Shown: in pieces, positions 38,495 to 47,921 of the stretch
How the letters are laid out: each line of letters starts with the position of its first letter
Numbering within the stretch: the stretch's first letter is position 1
Source of the DNA: an uncultured Gemmatimonadales bacterium
GTDB lineage: Bacteria > Gemmatimonadota > Gemmatimonadetes > Longimicrobiales > Longimicrobiaceae
NCBI GenBank assembly: GCA_963716255.1
Contig: OY970303.1
Coordinates: 3,808,001 to 3,872,000, forward strand
Direction: 5' to 3'
DNA length: 64,000 nucleotides
Program-made: the position numbers and the translations under genes
Notes under the pieces: model-generated
The model's database searches: none
Told to the model about the DNA's origin: nothing
The model's input: only the letters and a program-made list of their open reading frames with translations

Positions 38495-39521
38495 TCAGGA
38501 CCTGCTTGAGGAGGTGTAGTCCGCGGAGCATGGAGGTGGGGAGCAGGCTCCCCCCCAGGATTCCCACCGAGCGGCCGGAGACGGCCGCGCCCTCGCGCCA
38601 CGCGTGCATAACGGCGTCGCGCGCCTCCCGCTGCTCCATGAGCGACAGGTGAAGGTACGCCATGCGCAGGAGGAGCCGCTGCCGGCCGCGCCGCCGCGCC
38701 TCCTCCTCGGCGGCGGAGAGCGGCGCGCGCAGGCGCCCCGCCCGCTCGTTGCTGAGGAGGGCGCCCGCCACCATGTCGCGGGTGTTCGCGCCCGCGGTGA
38801 GCCGGTCGTCGTGCCCCACCCGCCAGCGCAGCAGCGGCGACATCACCACCGCCATGGGCGACGCCGCCGCCAGGCGGTGGAAGAGCTCGGTGTCCTCCGC
38901 CACCCGCAGCGCCTCGTCGAAGCCGCCGCTCTCCAGGAACAGGTCGCGCCGCACCATGGCCGCGGAGGGGAGCACCACGTTGCCGTGGAAGAGCAGGCCG
39001 TAGGCGTCGCCGGAGAAGGCGGCGTGAAGCCCCGCCGCGCTTTCCACCGCGACCTCGCGGAGCGCCCGGGCGAACCACTCCCGCGAAGTGCGGCCGTTCT
39101 CGCGGAACACGGGGACCGCGCTCGCCAGCCCGTCCTTTCCCTCCACCGGGCGGCCTGCCGCGTCCACCAGCACGCACTCGGTGATGGACCACCCCGCCTC
39201 CGGGGCCGCGGCGTGCGTCGACTCCTGCACCTCCAGCTTGGCGGGGTCCCACAGGTCGTCCGAGTCCAGGAAGGCGATCCACTCGCCGCCGGCCTCGCGG
39301 ACGCCGCGGTTGCGCGCCGCCGACACGCCGGCGTTCGCCTGGCGGAGGTAGCGCACGGGCGCCGGAAAGGCGCGGCAGACCGCCTCGGTGTCGTCGCGGG
39401 AGCCGTCGTCGACGATCAGGATCTCGTCGGCCGGGCGCGTCTGTTGTAGCACCGACTCCACAGTCGCGGGGAGCCACGCCGCCCGGTTGTAGGTGGGGAT
39501 GACGACCGATATGGACGGCAA
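38487..39521 (-). CDS. GT2 glycosyltransferase
   Basis: ISVVIPTYNR, VDDGSRD, AFLDSDD, AEDTEL; TTG start inferred. Confidence 0.88.
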   Translation of the reverse strand: MPSISVVIPTYNRAAWLPATVESVLQQTRPADEILIVDDGSRDDTEAVCRAFPAPVRYLRQANAGVSAARNRGVREAGGEWIAFLDSDDLWDPAKLEVQESTHAAAPEAGWSITECVLVDAAGRPVEGKDGLASAVPVFRENGRTSREWFARALREVAVESAAGLHAAFSGDAYGLLFHGNVVLPSAAMVRRDLFLESGGFDEALRVAEDTELFHRLAAASPMAVVMSPLLRWRVGHDDRLTAGANTRDMVAGALLSNERAGRLRAPLSAAEEEARRRGRQRLLLRMAYLHLSLMEQREARDAVMHAWREGAAVSGRSVGILGGSLLPTSMLRGLHLLKQVLNG

Positions 39522-39625
39522 GGGCTTCTCCGCGTCTCGACTCTTGGGGGTCGGCGCTGGGGCGCCGCGCTCCGGCGGGCGCCGGGCCCGGAGGTGCGCG
39601 GGGGCCGCGGCTGTGCCCCCCCTGG

Positions 39626-39641
39626 TGCATGGATCTTGCCA
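39626..39641 (-). promoter_or_regulatory. candidate sigma-54 promoter
   Basis: TGGCAAG-ATCC-ATGCA; palindrome TGTTG-N8-CCACA at 39780-39797 upstream. Confidence 0.65.
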
Positions 39642-39756
39642 CCCCGGGCCCTCGGTTCCGCGGCGCACGCGGCCCGGCCGGCCCCAGCGCACATGGGCCC
39701 GGACCCGCGCCTGCCCTCCGCGGGACGCCCCACGGTCTTCCACCACACCCGATTCC

Positions 39757-40998
39757 ATGCGCCGGGAAACACCCACAGCTGTTGCGTCCGGTCCACAGGT
39801 CGGAGGGGTCCACGCGCCCTCGGCGGGAGCCGCCGGCGGCGCGGCCGATGCCCGCGCGCCGCACGGCGCGGGCGAGGATCCGCGCCCGCTGACCCTGCTG
39901 CACGTCGCCGCGCCGGCGCGGGTCGGGGGGCTGGAGCGAGTCGTGCGTTCGCTGTGCACCGGGCACCGGGCGCGGGGCCACCGGGTACACCTGCTGGCGG
40001 TGGTGGATCCCGGAGAGGCGGACCACCCGCTCGTCGCGCCGCTGGCGGAGGCCGGTGTGGAGGTGCGGGTGCTGGAGATCCCGGCCCGCGCGTACCTGCG
40101 GGAGCGCGCCGTGATGAGGGAGCTTTGCGGGCGCATCCGCCCCGACGTGGTGCACACCCACGGCTACCGCCCGGACCTGGTGGACGCCTCGGTGGCGCGG
40201 TCGCTGGGGATCGCCACGGTGGCGACGGTGCACGGCTTCGTGCGGGGCTCGCGGAAGGGGCGGGTGTACGAGTGGCTTCAGCGGCGGTCGTACCGGCGCT
40301 TCGACGCGGTGGCCGCGGTGTCGCGCCCGCAGGTGGCGGAGCTGGTGGCTTCCGGGGTCGCGCCGGGGCGCATCCACCACCTCCCCAACGCCTGGGCCGC
40401 CCACGCGCCCACGCTCGCCCCGGCCGAGGCACGGGCCCGCCTGGGGGTGCCGGAGGGCGTGTTCCACGTGGGATGGGTGGGGCGGCTGGGGCGCGAAAAG
40501 GGCGCCGACGTGCTCCTGGACGCCCTCGCGCTCCTCGGCGACGTGCCGCTGGTGGCCTCCATCGTGGGCGCGGGACGCGAGGAGGCGGCGCTGCGGGCGC
40601 AGGCGGAGGCGCTCGGCGTCGCGGACCGGGTCCGCTGGCACGGGCTGATCGCCGAGGCGGGGCCCCTGTTCTCCGCCTTCGACGCCTTCGTGCTCAGCTC
40701 GCGGACCGAGGGGACGCCCATCGCCCTGTTCGAGGCCATGGAAGCCGGCGCCCCGGTGGTCGCCACGGCGGTGGGCGGCGTGCCCGATGTGGTCTCCCCC
40801 GCGGAGGCGCTCCTGGTCGCCCCTGAGGACCCCGCGGGTCTCGCCGGAGCCCTGAGGGCGGTGCGGGGCGACCCTGCCGCCGCGGCGGCGCGGGCGCGGT
40901 CCGCCGCGACCCGCCTCCGCACCGCCTTCGGCGCGGATCCCTGGCTGGACCGGTACGAAGCGATCTACCGGCAGGTACAACGTCAAACCACCGCATGA
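39757..40998 (+). CDS. GT4 glycosyltransferase (start uncertain)
   Basis: VGGLE, VHTHG, VGRLGREKG, SSRTEGTPIALFEAM. Confidence 0.85.
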   Translation: MRRETPTAVASGPQVGGVHAPSAGAAGGAADARAPHGAGEDPRPLTLLHVAAPARVGGLERVVRSLCTGHRARGHRVHLLAVVDPGEADHPLVAPLAEAGVEVRVLEIPARAYLRERAVMRELCGRIRPDVVHTHGYRPDLVDASVARSLGIATVATVHGFVRGSRKGRVYEWLQRRSYRRFDAVAAVSRPQVAELVASGVAPGRIHHLPNAWAAHAPTLAPAEARARLGVPEGVFHVGWVGRLGREKGADVLLDALALLGDVPLVASIVGAGREEAALRAQAEALGVADRVRWHGLIAEAGPLFSAFDAFVLSSRTEGTPIALFEAMEAGAPVVATAVGGVPDVVSPAEALLVAPEDPAGLAGALRAVRGDPAAAAARARSAATRLRTAFGADPWLDRYEAIYRQVQRQTTA

Positions 40999-41002
40999 CC
41001 CC

Positions 41003-42184
41003 ATGAGCCTGGTCGCCTGGATCCTGATTGCCGCACCGCTCCTCCTGGCCGCGTACGCGTACGCCGGGTACCCGCTCCTGCTCGCCGTGCTGGCGCGCGC
41101 GCGCGGCCGGCCCCCGGCCGCGGTGGAGCCGGGGGAGTGGCCCATGGTCAGCATCTCCCTTCCCGCGTACAACGAGGAGGCACAGATCCGCGGCGCCGTC
41201 GAGAGCCTGCTGGCGCTGGACTACCCGGCCCACCGCAAGCAGGTGATCGTGGTCTCGGACGCCTCCACCGACCGCACCGACGACATCGTCATGGAGTTCG
41301 CCGGCCGGGGCGTGGAGCTGCTCCGCATGCCGTGCCGTGGCGGCAAGACCGCCGGCGAGAACGCGGCGGCCGCGCGGCTCACGGGGGAGATCGTCATCAA
41401 CACGGACGCTTCCATCCGCATCCACCCGGACGCCCTGCGGCCGCTGGTGGCGCGCTTCTCCGACCCCACGGTGGGCGTCGCTTCCGGGCGCGACGTGAGC
41501 GTGGCGCGCACGGGCGAGGACAAGAACGCGGGCGAGGCGGGGTACGTGGGCTACGAGATGAAGGTGCGCGCCCTGGAGACCGCGGTCGGCGGGATCATCG
41601 GCGCCTCGGGGTGCTTCTACGCCATCCGCTCGCACCTGCACCGCTCCCCGCTCCCCGAGCACCTGAGCCGCGACTTCGCCTCCGCGCTGGTCGCGCGCGA
41701 GCACGGGTTCCGCGCCGTGTCGGTGGACGAGGCGGTGTGCTTCGTGCCGCGCACCACCTCGCTGCACCGCGAGTACCGCCGCAAGGTCCGCACGATGGCC
41801 AGGGGGATGCAGACGCTCCACCACAAGCGGCACCTCCTCAACCCGCTGCGCCACGGCGCCTTCGCCTGGATGCTGCTCAGCCACAAGGTCGCCCGCTGGC
41901 TGGTCCCCTGGACGGTGCTGACGGGAGCGCTGGGCGTGCTCCTGCTGGCGGTGGACCACCCCGTGGCGCGCGTGGTGTTCGCCCTGGGGATGGTCGTGGG
42001 GGGCCTCGCCGCCGCGGGGTGGATGTGGCCCGAGTCGCGGCCCATCCCCCGCGTCCTCGCCATCCCGGCCTTCGCGGTCGCGGGGAACCTGGCCGCCGTG
42101 CACGCCTCGCTGCGCTCCCTCGCCCGGAACGACGACCCCACCTGGGAGCCCACCCGGCGCGACGTCGTCCTCACCGGAAGCTGA
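41003..42184 (+). CDS. membrane-anchored GT2 glycosyltransferase
   Basis: PAYNEE, SDASTD, GGKTAGEN, TDAS, EYRRKVR, SHKVARW. Confidence 0.9.
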   Translation: MSLVAWILIAAPLLLAAYAYAGYPLLLAVLARARGRPPAAVEPGEWPMVSISLPAYNEEAQIRGAVESLLALDYPAHRKQVIVVSDASTDRTDDIVMEFAGRGVELLRMPCRGGKTAGENAAAARLTGEIVINTDASIRIHPDALRPLVARFSDPTVGVASGRDVSVARTGEDKNAGEAGYVGYEMKVRALETAVGGIIGASGCFYAIRSHLHRSPLPEHLSRDFASALVAREHGFRAVSVDEAVCFVPRTTSLHREYRRKVRTMARGMQTLHHKRHLLNPLRHGAFAWMLLSHKVARWLVPWTVLTGALGVLLLAVDHPVARVVFALGMVVGGLAAAGWMWPESRPIPRVLAIPAFAVAGNLAAVHASLRSLARNDDPTWEPTRRDVVLTGS

Positions 42185-42223
42185 GCCGCGCAGCGGCCCC
42201 GACCCACTCCACCGCCCGCGACG

Positions 42224-43462
42224 ATGCGAATCTACGCGTTCACGCAGTACTACCCGAGCACCTTCAAGCCGTACTTCGACACCCAGTTCGCCCAGCTCGT
42301 GCGCGACGGGCACGAGCTGACGGTGTTCGCGCACGGGCGGCAGGGCCACGAGGTGAACGAGCCCGTCGCCCGCTTCGGGCTGGAGTCGCGCACGCGCCGC
42401 TACCCCACCATGCTGCACACCGCGCCGCCCTTCCTCCCGCGCGCGGCGGCGAGGGCGCTCCCGGACCCCGCCGGCGCGCTGCGGCTCCTGCGGGCTACGG
42501 ACCCGGACAAGCCGCTCAAGGGGCGTCTGATGGACACGCTGCGGATGCTTGCCCTTCCGCGCGAGCGCCCCGACCTGTGCCTGGTGCACGACCTGACAAC
42601 GGCCACCTGGTTCACCTGGCTGCGGACGATGTACCCGGGGGTGCCCGTGGCGATGTACTACCACGGCGGGGAGAACGCGCTGTCCAGCGGCATCGGCGAG
42701 GATGCGGTGGCGCGCGCGTTCGCCGCCGTGGACGTGGTGTTCACCAACACCGAGTTCTCGCGCGACCATGCCGTGGCGCGCGGCTGCCCGGCCGGCAAGG
42801 TGGAGATCGTGCCGGTGGGCTTCTCCCTGGACGACTACCGGCCGCCCGCGGTGCGCGAGTACCGCCCGCGGGGCGTGCTGCGCCTGCTGTCGGCGAGCCG
42901 CCTGAGCGACGAGAAGGGCCACCGCTTCGCGCTGGAGGCGCTCGCCGGCCTGGTGGCTGCGGGGGTGACGGACTTCCGCTACACCATCGTGGGGGGCGGC
43001 TACCTGCGGGAGCCGCTGGAGCGCTTCGCCGCCGGGAACGGGCTGGCGCCCTACGTGGACTTCGCCGGGGTGGTGACCACGGCGGTCCTGCTGGACCACG
43101 TCGCCCGCGCGGACGTGGTGCTGCTCCCCAGCATCGAGCTGGGGACCTGGGTGGAGAACCAGGCGTGCATCGTCCAGGAAGCCATGCTGATGAAGGGGCT
43201 GGTGGTGGCGACCACCGCCGGCGGCGTCCCCGAGTCCACCGCCCCGGAGCTGCGCCCCTTCCTGGTCCCCCCCGAGGACCCCGCCGCCATCGCCCGCGCC
43301 GTCCTCGCCGTCCGTGCCCTGCGCGACGACGAGATGCGCGCCCTGGGCGCCGCCGGCCGCGCCTTCGCCGAAGAGCGCTACGACATCCGCCGCCTGAACG
43401 CCGCCCTCCTGGAGCGCGCCCTGGCCGGCCCGAGGAGCCCCGCCGTCCCCGCCGCGGCCTGA
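42224..43462 (+). CDS. GT4 glycosyltransferase (WcaL-like)
   Basis: SRLSDEKG, LLPS...ENQACIVQEAM, AGGVPE. Confidence 0.85.
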   Translation: MRIYAFTQYYPSTFKPYFDTQFAQLVRDGHELTVFAHGRQGHEVNEPVARFGLESRTRRYPTMLHTAPPFLPRAAARALPDPAGALRLLRATDPDKPLKGRLMDTLRMLALPRERPDLCLVHDLTTATWFTWLRTMYPGVPVAMYYHGGENALSSGIGEDAVARAFAAVDVVFTNTEFSRDHAVARGCPAGKVEIVPVGFSLDDYRPPAVREYRPRGVLRLLSASRLSDEKGHRFALEALAGLVAAGVTDFRYTIVGGGYLREPLERFAAGNGLAPYVDFAGVVTTAVLLDHVARADVVLLPSIELGTWVENQACIVQEAMLMKGLVVATTAGGVPESTAPELRPFLVPPEDPAAIARAVLAVRALRDDEMRALGAAGRAFAEERYDIRRLNAALLERALAGPRSPAVPAAA

Positions 43463-43503
43463 GGGGGAAGCCGTAGCGCGGAGTAGGAAGTTCGGAGGTG
43501 AGG

Positions 43504-43541
43504 AAAAGAGGCGCCCCCGCCGGGAGATCCGGCGGGGGCGC
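43504..43541 (-). terminator. hairpin with minus-strand U-tract
   Basis: aaaagag-gcgcccccgccgg...ccggcgggggcgc. Confidence 0.65.
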
Positions 43542-43546
43542 TGTCA

Positions 43547-43673
43547 CGTGAAGGATGTCGGCCCGAAGGGGCGAGACCGCGCGCTGTTTGCGCGGGCTCG
43601 ACTCCGTTGCAGACGGTCGTTTCGTCTGCTACGGAGCCGCAGCCCGACCCCGGCGCCAGCCGGGGGCACGCCC
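43547..43673 (-). repeat. structured dispersed element, copy 3
   Basis: Minus strand carries the full scaffold; variable stem gcagacg/aaacgac/cgtctgc. Confidence 0.95.
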
Positions 43674-43790
43674 GACTCCGCCGTCCCGATCCGTTGCCGT
43701 TCGTGCGGCCATGGAAAATAGAAAAGGGGCCCGCCCCCACCGGGAGCGAGCCCTCCGTCCTGCCCGATCTGCGAGTCGCAGAAGCAGCGC

Positions 43791-44507
43791 TTACTGCTGC
43801 TCTTCTTCCTGCTTGCGGCGACGACGACGGGCGGCACCGGCGAGCCCGGCCAGACCCGTCCCCATGAGAGCCATGGACACCGGCTCCGGCGTGGACGTCA
43901 CCTGGAACATCTGGTCGTCGAAGTCGAAGTCGGCCGTGTACTGCGTGTTGTAGCAGAGCGGATCGGTCGACGCCAGGTCGCCCGTCTTGCACAGGTCCTC
44001 GAACCCGACGTCGTACGTCCACTCGCTGGTCTGCGTGGCCACCGCGTGGACGCGGCCGTCGTAGTTCATCCCGCCGCCGCCCGTGTAGAACCAGGCGCCG
44101 CGCGAGCCCGGAGCGAAGGGGTTCGACGCGCCCGCCACGTACAGGTCCTGCACGAAGATCCCGAAGTTGAGCTCGGTTCCCGCCGCGAACATCCCGCCCG
44201 GATTGATGTTGTTGGTGGGCCCACCCATCGCCGCCATGCCGCCCGAGCCCGGAGCGGTGCTCGTGCTGGGGGGCTGGTTGGTGTACAGGAAGACGCCCGA
44301 GTACGTGTCGAACGGAGTCTGGTCGGGTCCGGGGTTGGCCGAACCGAAGAACCAGATCTCGGAGCGGAGCGCCGCCTCGGAGCCCAGGTACGTCACGAAC
44401 GTCGGGCCGCCGTTGGAAAGGATCGGCACCGCGTGTCCCTGCTGCGCCGTTCCCATGCTGAGCGCCGATGCGAGCGCCAGCGCCATGCCTGCCTGCTTGA
44501 ACCGCAT
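43791..44507 (-). CDS. PEP-CTERM protein with DUF4114-like domain
   Basis: RBS gaaggaggt, signal peptide; VGFEDL...DFDFDD; C-terminal TPEPVSMALMGTGLAGLAGAARRRRRK. Confidence 0.93.
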   Translation of the reverse strand: MRFKQAGMALALASALSMGTAQQGHAVPILSNGGPTFVTYLGSEAALRSEIWFFGSANPGPDQTPFDTYSGVFLYTNQPPSTSTAPGSGGMAAMGGPTNNINPGGMFAAGTELNFGIFVQDLYVAGASNPFAPGSRGAWFYTGGGGMNYDGRVHAVATQTSEWTYDVGFEDLCKTGDLASTDPLCYNTQYTADFDFDDQMFQVTSTPEPVSMALMGTGLAGLAGAARRRRRKQEEEQQ

Positions 44508-44553
44508 ACGAACCTCCTTCAAAAGGGTAGTTGCTGCCACACCATCCACTTCG

Positions 44554-45081
44554 TCACGCCGGGTTTCCTCCTTGTGGCTGAGTGTTGAAGACGAGTCCAA
44601 CTTCCCGCGCGGCCTTGCCGGCGTGCGGGCGTCCCGAAATGCGGGTGGAACGCCATCCGCCGATCCCCAGGCCGAGGGCGGCCGGGATCGAGAGCCCGAG
44701 TACCGCCATGGCCCGGAGCACCGTCAGATCCAGCGCGCCCCGGAAGTTGGGGTTCACCGTCGAGCGGACCTGGAGGAAATCCAGGCCGAACGCAATCGCC
44801 ACCAGCGAGAGCACCAGCGCCATCACCATGCAGATCACCGCCGACACGCGAAGCGTCCTGCGGTGGTCGAGGATCGCGGCGACCGCCATGATCCACACCA
44901 GCCCGAAGAGCACGCCCATCACCGCCCCCGACATCAGGCCGACGGCCCCGAAGCGCCAGCGGACCTCGCCCAGCCGGAACGGCCAGACTTGCAGGGCGGG
45001 CTCGCTCACCGACGCGACGATGAGCAGCGCGCCGACGGGGTAGAGCGCCTTGACGAAAGGACGGTAGGTCAGCGAGGTCAT
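44554..45081 (-). CDS. multi-pass membrane protein, HpsJ-like, inside the exosortase operon
   Basis: ATG 45081; LQVWPFRLGEVRWRFGAVG parallels LVWYPLGFGSAEWEFGSVT of 1751-2254. Confidence 0.65.
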   Translation of the reverse strand: MTSLTYRPFVKALYPVGALLIVASVSEPALQVWPFRLGEVRWRFGAVGLMSGAVMGVLFGLVWIMAVAAILDHRRTLRVSAVICMVMALVLSLVAIAFGLDFLQVRSTVNPNFRGALDLTVLRAMAVLGLSIPAALGLGIGGWRSTRISGRPHAGKAAREVGLVFNTQPQGGNPA

Positions 45082-45170
45082 CTTCGGGGTTCCTTGAATG
45101 TTCGGTCGGGTGGCCGCACCGGCGCGGCCACCCCTCGTCACCTCCACCACCGCCCCGCTCGTGCCCGCCG

Positions 45171-45818
45171 TCAAGACGGCAGCGAGCGGTTTACGGCCGG
45201 GACCATCTCGCCCGCGACGCGCGACGCCAGCTTGAACGCCTCGGCCTCCGACCCCGTCACCGGGACGATGACGCGGACCAGCGCCTCGTCGCTGCGGCCG
45301 CGGAGCGCCGAGTCGCGGAGCAGGTCCCACTTCACCCGGTACTCGTTCGCTTCCACGCGGCCCCGCCCCTGGTACCAGTACAGGACCAGCGCCCGCTGTT
45401 CCTTGTTCTGGAGGAGGTAGCGGTTCACCTGCACCGGGCCGTGCGGCGTCGCGATGGCCACGCGCTGGTTGGTGAGCGCCTCCCACCCTGCCCCGGGAAG
45501 GCAATTCTTGGGCGAGTGGATGGTCTTCCCCTGCGTCTGGCTCTCGTAGTAGCCCACGTACAGCGAGAACGCGTAGGCGCTCCCCGCGGCGCCGGGCGCC
45601 TGGAAGACGCGCATCAGGTAGTCGCTCATCCCGGCGACGCGCTGCTCCTCCTCGGAGATCACCACGTCCTTGGAGCCGAAGGACGCGAAGCGCGCGGGCA
45701 CCGCCGTTTCCAGCGGTGCCTGCAGCGGGAGCGTCCGCTGCGTGTCGATCCCCAGCGTGACCATCGCGCCGAGGGCGAGGATGATCGCGGGCGCCCAGGC
45801 CCGGTTGAAGCCGTTCAT
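45171..45818 (-). CDS. epsI: EpsI-family exosortase-associated protein
   Basis: ATGA overlap with exosortase; LYVGYYESQ, IHSPKNCLPGAGW, VLYWYQ, DEALVRV. Confidence 0.92.
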   Translation of the reverse strand: MNGFNRAWAPAIILALGAMVTLGIDTQRTLPLQAPLETAVPARFASFGSKDVVISEEEQRVAGMSDYLMRVFQAPGAAGSAYAFSLYVGYYESQTQGKTIHSPKNCLPGAGWEALTNQRVAIATPHGPVQVNRYLLQNKEQRALVLYWYQGRGRVEANEYRVKWDLLRDSALRGRSDEALVRVIVPVTGSEAEAFKLASRVAGEMVPAVNRSLPS

Positions 45819-46690
45819 GCCCTGCGCCTCCCGATGAAGATCTCCGCGTGGTTCAGGAGTGCCGCGATGCCGCCCAGGATGGCGAACGCCACGACGAAGA
45901 TGATCCACCCTTCCGTCACGTGCATGAAGCCCTCGCCCAGCTTGGGGTCCACGTAGAAGACCAGGAAGCCGGTGAGGAAGACCCGGATGCCGTTGAGGAG
46001 CATGGCCACCGGGATCGCCGCGGCGATGAGCAGCGCCCGGCTCACCGGGTGCCGCAGCCAGAGCCCGCCGATCAGCAGCCCCAGCGAGATCAGCGACGCC
46101 AGCGACCGCAGCCCGCTGCACGCCTCCGTGACGAAGAGCGAGCGCCCGGGGATCCGGATCACGTTGCCGCTGAGCTGCACGGGCACGTGGCGCCACTCCA
46201 GCAGCCCCGCCCCCATCTGCGACGCGCGGAACTGGAGCGGGTTGGCGATGGAGCCCAGCACCACCGCCGGGAGCGGAACCGACAGCGCCAGCAGCGACGC
46301 CGGGAGCCACCAGTGCAGGAGCTGCCGGAAGCCCAGGTGGAACACCACCAGGCCGAAGACCGCGACCAGCATGGAAGCGCGCATGGTGAACAGCTCCGCC
46401 GCCAGCCCGGACACGTAGCGCAGGAGCACGGCGGCCACGAGGATGGCGATCCCCGCGAGCGGCTGGGCCCGGGCGCCGTCCCGGATCCCCCGCTTCCAGG
46501 CCAGGTATACGGCGAGCGGCGCCAGCAGCAGCCCGTGGCCCGCGTCGGGATCGTTCCACCAGTCGCGCCCCAGCGTCATCATGGGGCTCCAGAACAGAAC
46601 CGCGAACGCCGCCCCGGTGGCGGCGAGGGGGAGGAAGCGCTTCCAGTCCCCCAGGTCGGTGCGGCTCAGCGTGAGCGTGGCACTCGTCAC
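45815..46690 (-). CDS. exosortase (EpsH family)
   Basis: HGLLLAP, VTEACSGLRS (Cys), LNGIRV (Arg), HVTEGW (His). Confidence 0.95.
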   Translation of the reverse strand: MTSATLTLSRTDLGDWKRFLPLAATGAAFAVLFWSPMMTLGRDWWNDPDAGHGLLLAPLAVYLAWKRGIRDGARAQPLAGIAILVAAVLLRYVSGLAAELFTMRASMLVAVFGLVVFHLGFRQLLHWWLPASLLALSVPLPAVVLGSIANPLQFRASQMGAGLLEWRHVPVQLSGNVIRIPGRSLFVTEACSGLRSLASLISLGLLIGGLWLRHPVSRALLIAAAIPVAMLLNGIRVFLTGFLVFYVDPKLGEGFMHVTEGWIIFVVAFAILGGIAALLNHAEIFIGRRRA

Positions 46691-46691
46691 T

Positions 46692-47462
46692 TCACCACGC
46701 TCCGCGCTTGAAGACGATCACCGGCACGGTCCGCAGCAGGATCAGCAGGTCCTGCAGGGCCGACTCCCGCTCGATGTACTCCAGGTCGTAGCTCAGCTTG
46801 TTGCGCACGTCCGACAGGCAGCGGTCGTAGCTCTGGTTGATCTGCGCCCACCCGGTGATCCCCGGGAGCACCCGCTGGCGCTCCGGGTAGCGGTCGATCT
46901 GGTCGCGCAGCTCGGCGAAGATCTTGGGCTGCTCCGGGCGCGGTCCCACGATGTTCATGTCGCCCTTGAGCACGTTGAAGAGCTGCGGCAGCTCGTCCAG
47001 CCGGTACTTGCGCAGCACGGTGCCCAGCGAGGTGACCCGGGGGTCGCGGGGCTGCGCCCACACCTGCACGCCCTCGCCCGATGCCGTCATCGTGCGGAAC
47101 TTGTACATCGTGAACAGCCGCCCGCCGTAGTCCACCCGGCGGCGCCAGTGGTGGTCGCTCCCGTCCGGGTTGCGGCGGTCCAGCCCCACCCGCGTCTGCC
47201 GGAAGATCACCGGCCCGGGGGAGGTCAGCTTCACCAGCAGGGCGATGACCAGCATCACCGGCGCGGCCAGCACGATTCCCACCAGCGCGAGCACGACGTT
47301 CAGCGTGCGCCGCCCGAACTGCGGTGCGTCCGCGATCTCGGCGGGGCGGCTCCACGGAGTGGAGGGGACTCTTTCGACCAGATCTTCGATCGCCAGAAGG
47401 CCCGAGGACGTAAGTGCCCTATGAGCGGTCAGGGGACCGGATTTCTGCGCGGGGATCAGCAC
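46692..47462 (-). CDS. priming sugar transferase (Bac_transf family)
   Basis: FRQTRVG, YKFRTM, DPRVT, LDELPQLFNVLKGDM, VGPRPE, PGITGWAQ; GTG start inferred. Confidence 0.92.
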   Translation of the reverse strand: MLIPAQKSGPLTAHRALTSSGLLAIEDLVERVPSTPWSRPAEIADAPQFGRRTLNVVLALVGIVLAAPVMLVIALLVKLTSPGPVIFRQTRVGLDRRNPDGSDHHWRRRVDYGGRLFTMYKFRTMTASGEGVQVWAQPRDPRVTSLGTVLRKYRLDELPQLFNVLKGDMNIVGPRPEQPKIFAELRDQIDRYPERQRVLPGITGWAQINQSYDRCLSDVRNKLSYDLEYIERESALQDLLILLRTVPVIVFKRGAW

Positions 47463-47648
47463 GGTGGGACTCTCCCGATTCGGTTTGTTCCGTGTACACC
47501 AGCTGCGTCGTGCACCAACCGGGGAATGCAACGGGCATGCACGGCGGGCCGCGACTCGGAAATCTTCGTAAGTCGTTGCCGGCAGCAGGTATGGTGTTCT
47601 GGGGGTCACGTGGGGGGGGCGCGGGTTTCGTGGTGGCCCGCCGACGTG

Positions 47649-47666
47649 TGTGGTGACCACCCCACA
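47649..47666. promoter_or_regulatory. 18-bp palindrome, candidate UAS for the exosortase operon
   Basis: TGTGG-tgaccacc-CCACA; an imperfect -24/-12 motif (GTGCATG-CCCG-TTGCA) lies at 47527-47542 (-). Confidence 0.6.
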
Positions 47667-47718
47667 CAGTTGCACGGGGCCGCGATTGGAAGGGGACGAC
47701 TTCCAGGGGGTGGGTTTC

Positions 47719-47847
47719 GGGCGTGCCCCCGGCTGGCGCCGGGGTCGGGCTTCGGCTCCGTAGGGCTGCAAACAACGCAGCCCAACGGAGTCGAGCCCCG
47801 CGAAACTGCCCGCGGGTCTCGCCCCTTCGGGCCGAAATCCCTCACGC
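47719..47847 (+). repeat. structured dispersed element, copy 4
   Basis: Variable stem gggctgc/aaacaac/gcagccc; remainder almost identical to copy 1. Confidence 0.95.
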
Positions 47848-47921
47848 AGCATCCGGAAACGACGACGGGCCCGCTATAGCGGGCCCGGCAATGGGCTTCA
47901 TCGTGCGGCTCGGGCGCGCCG

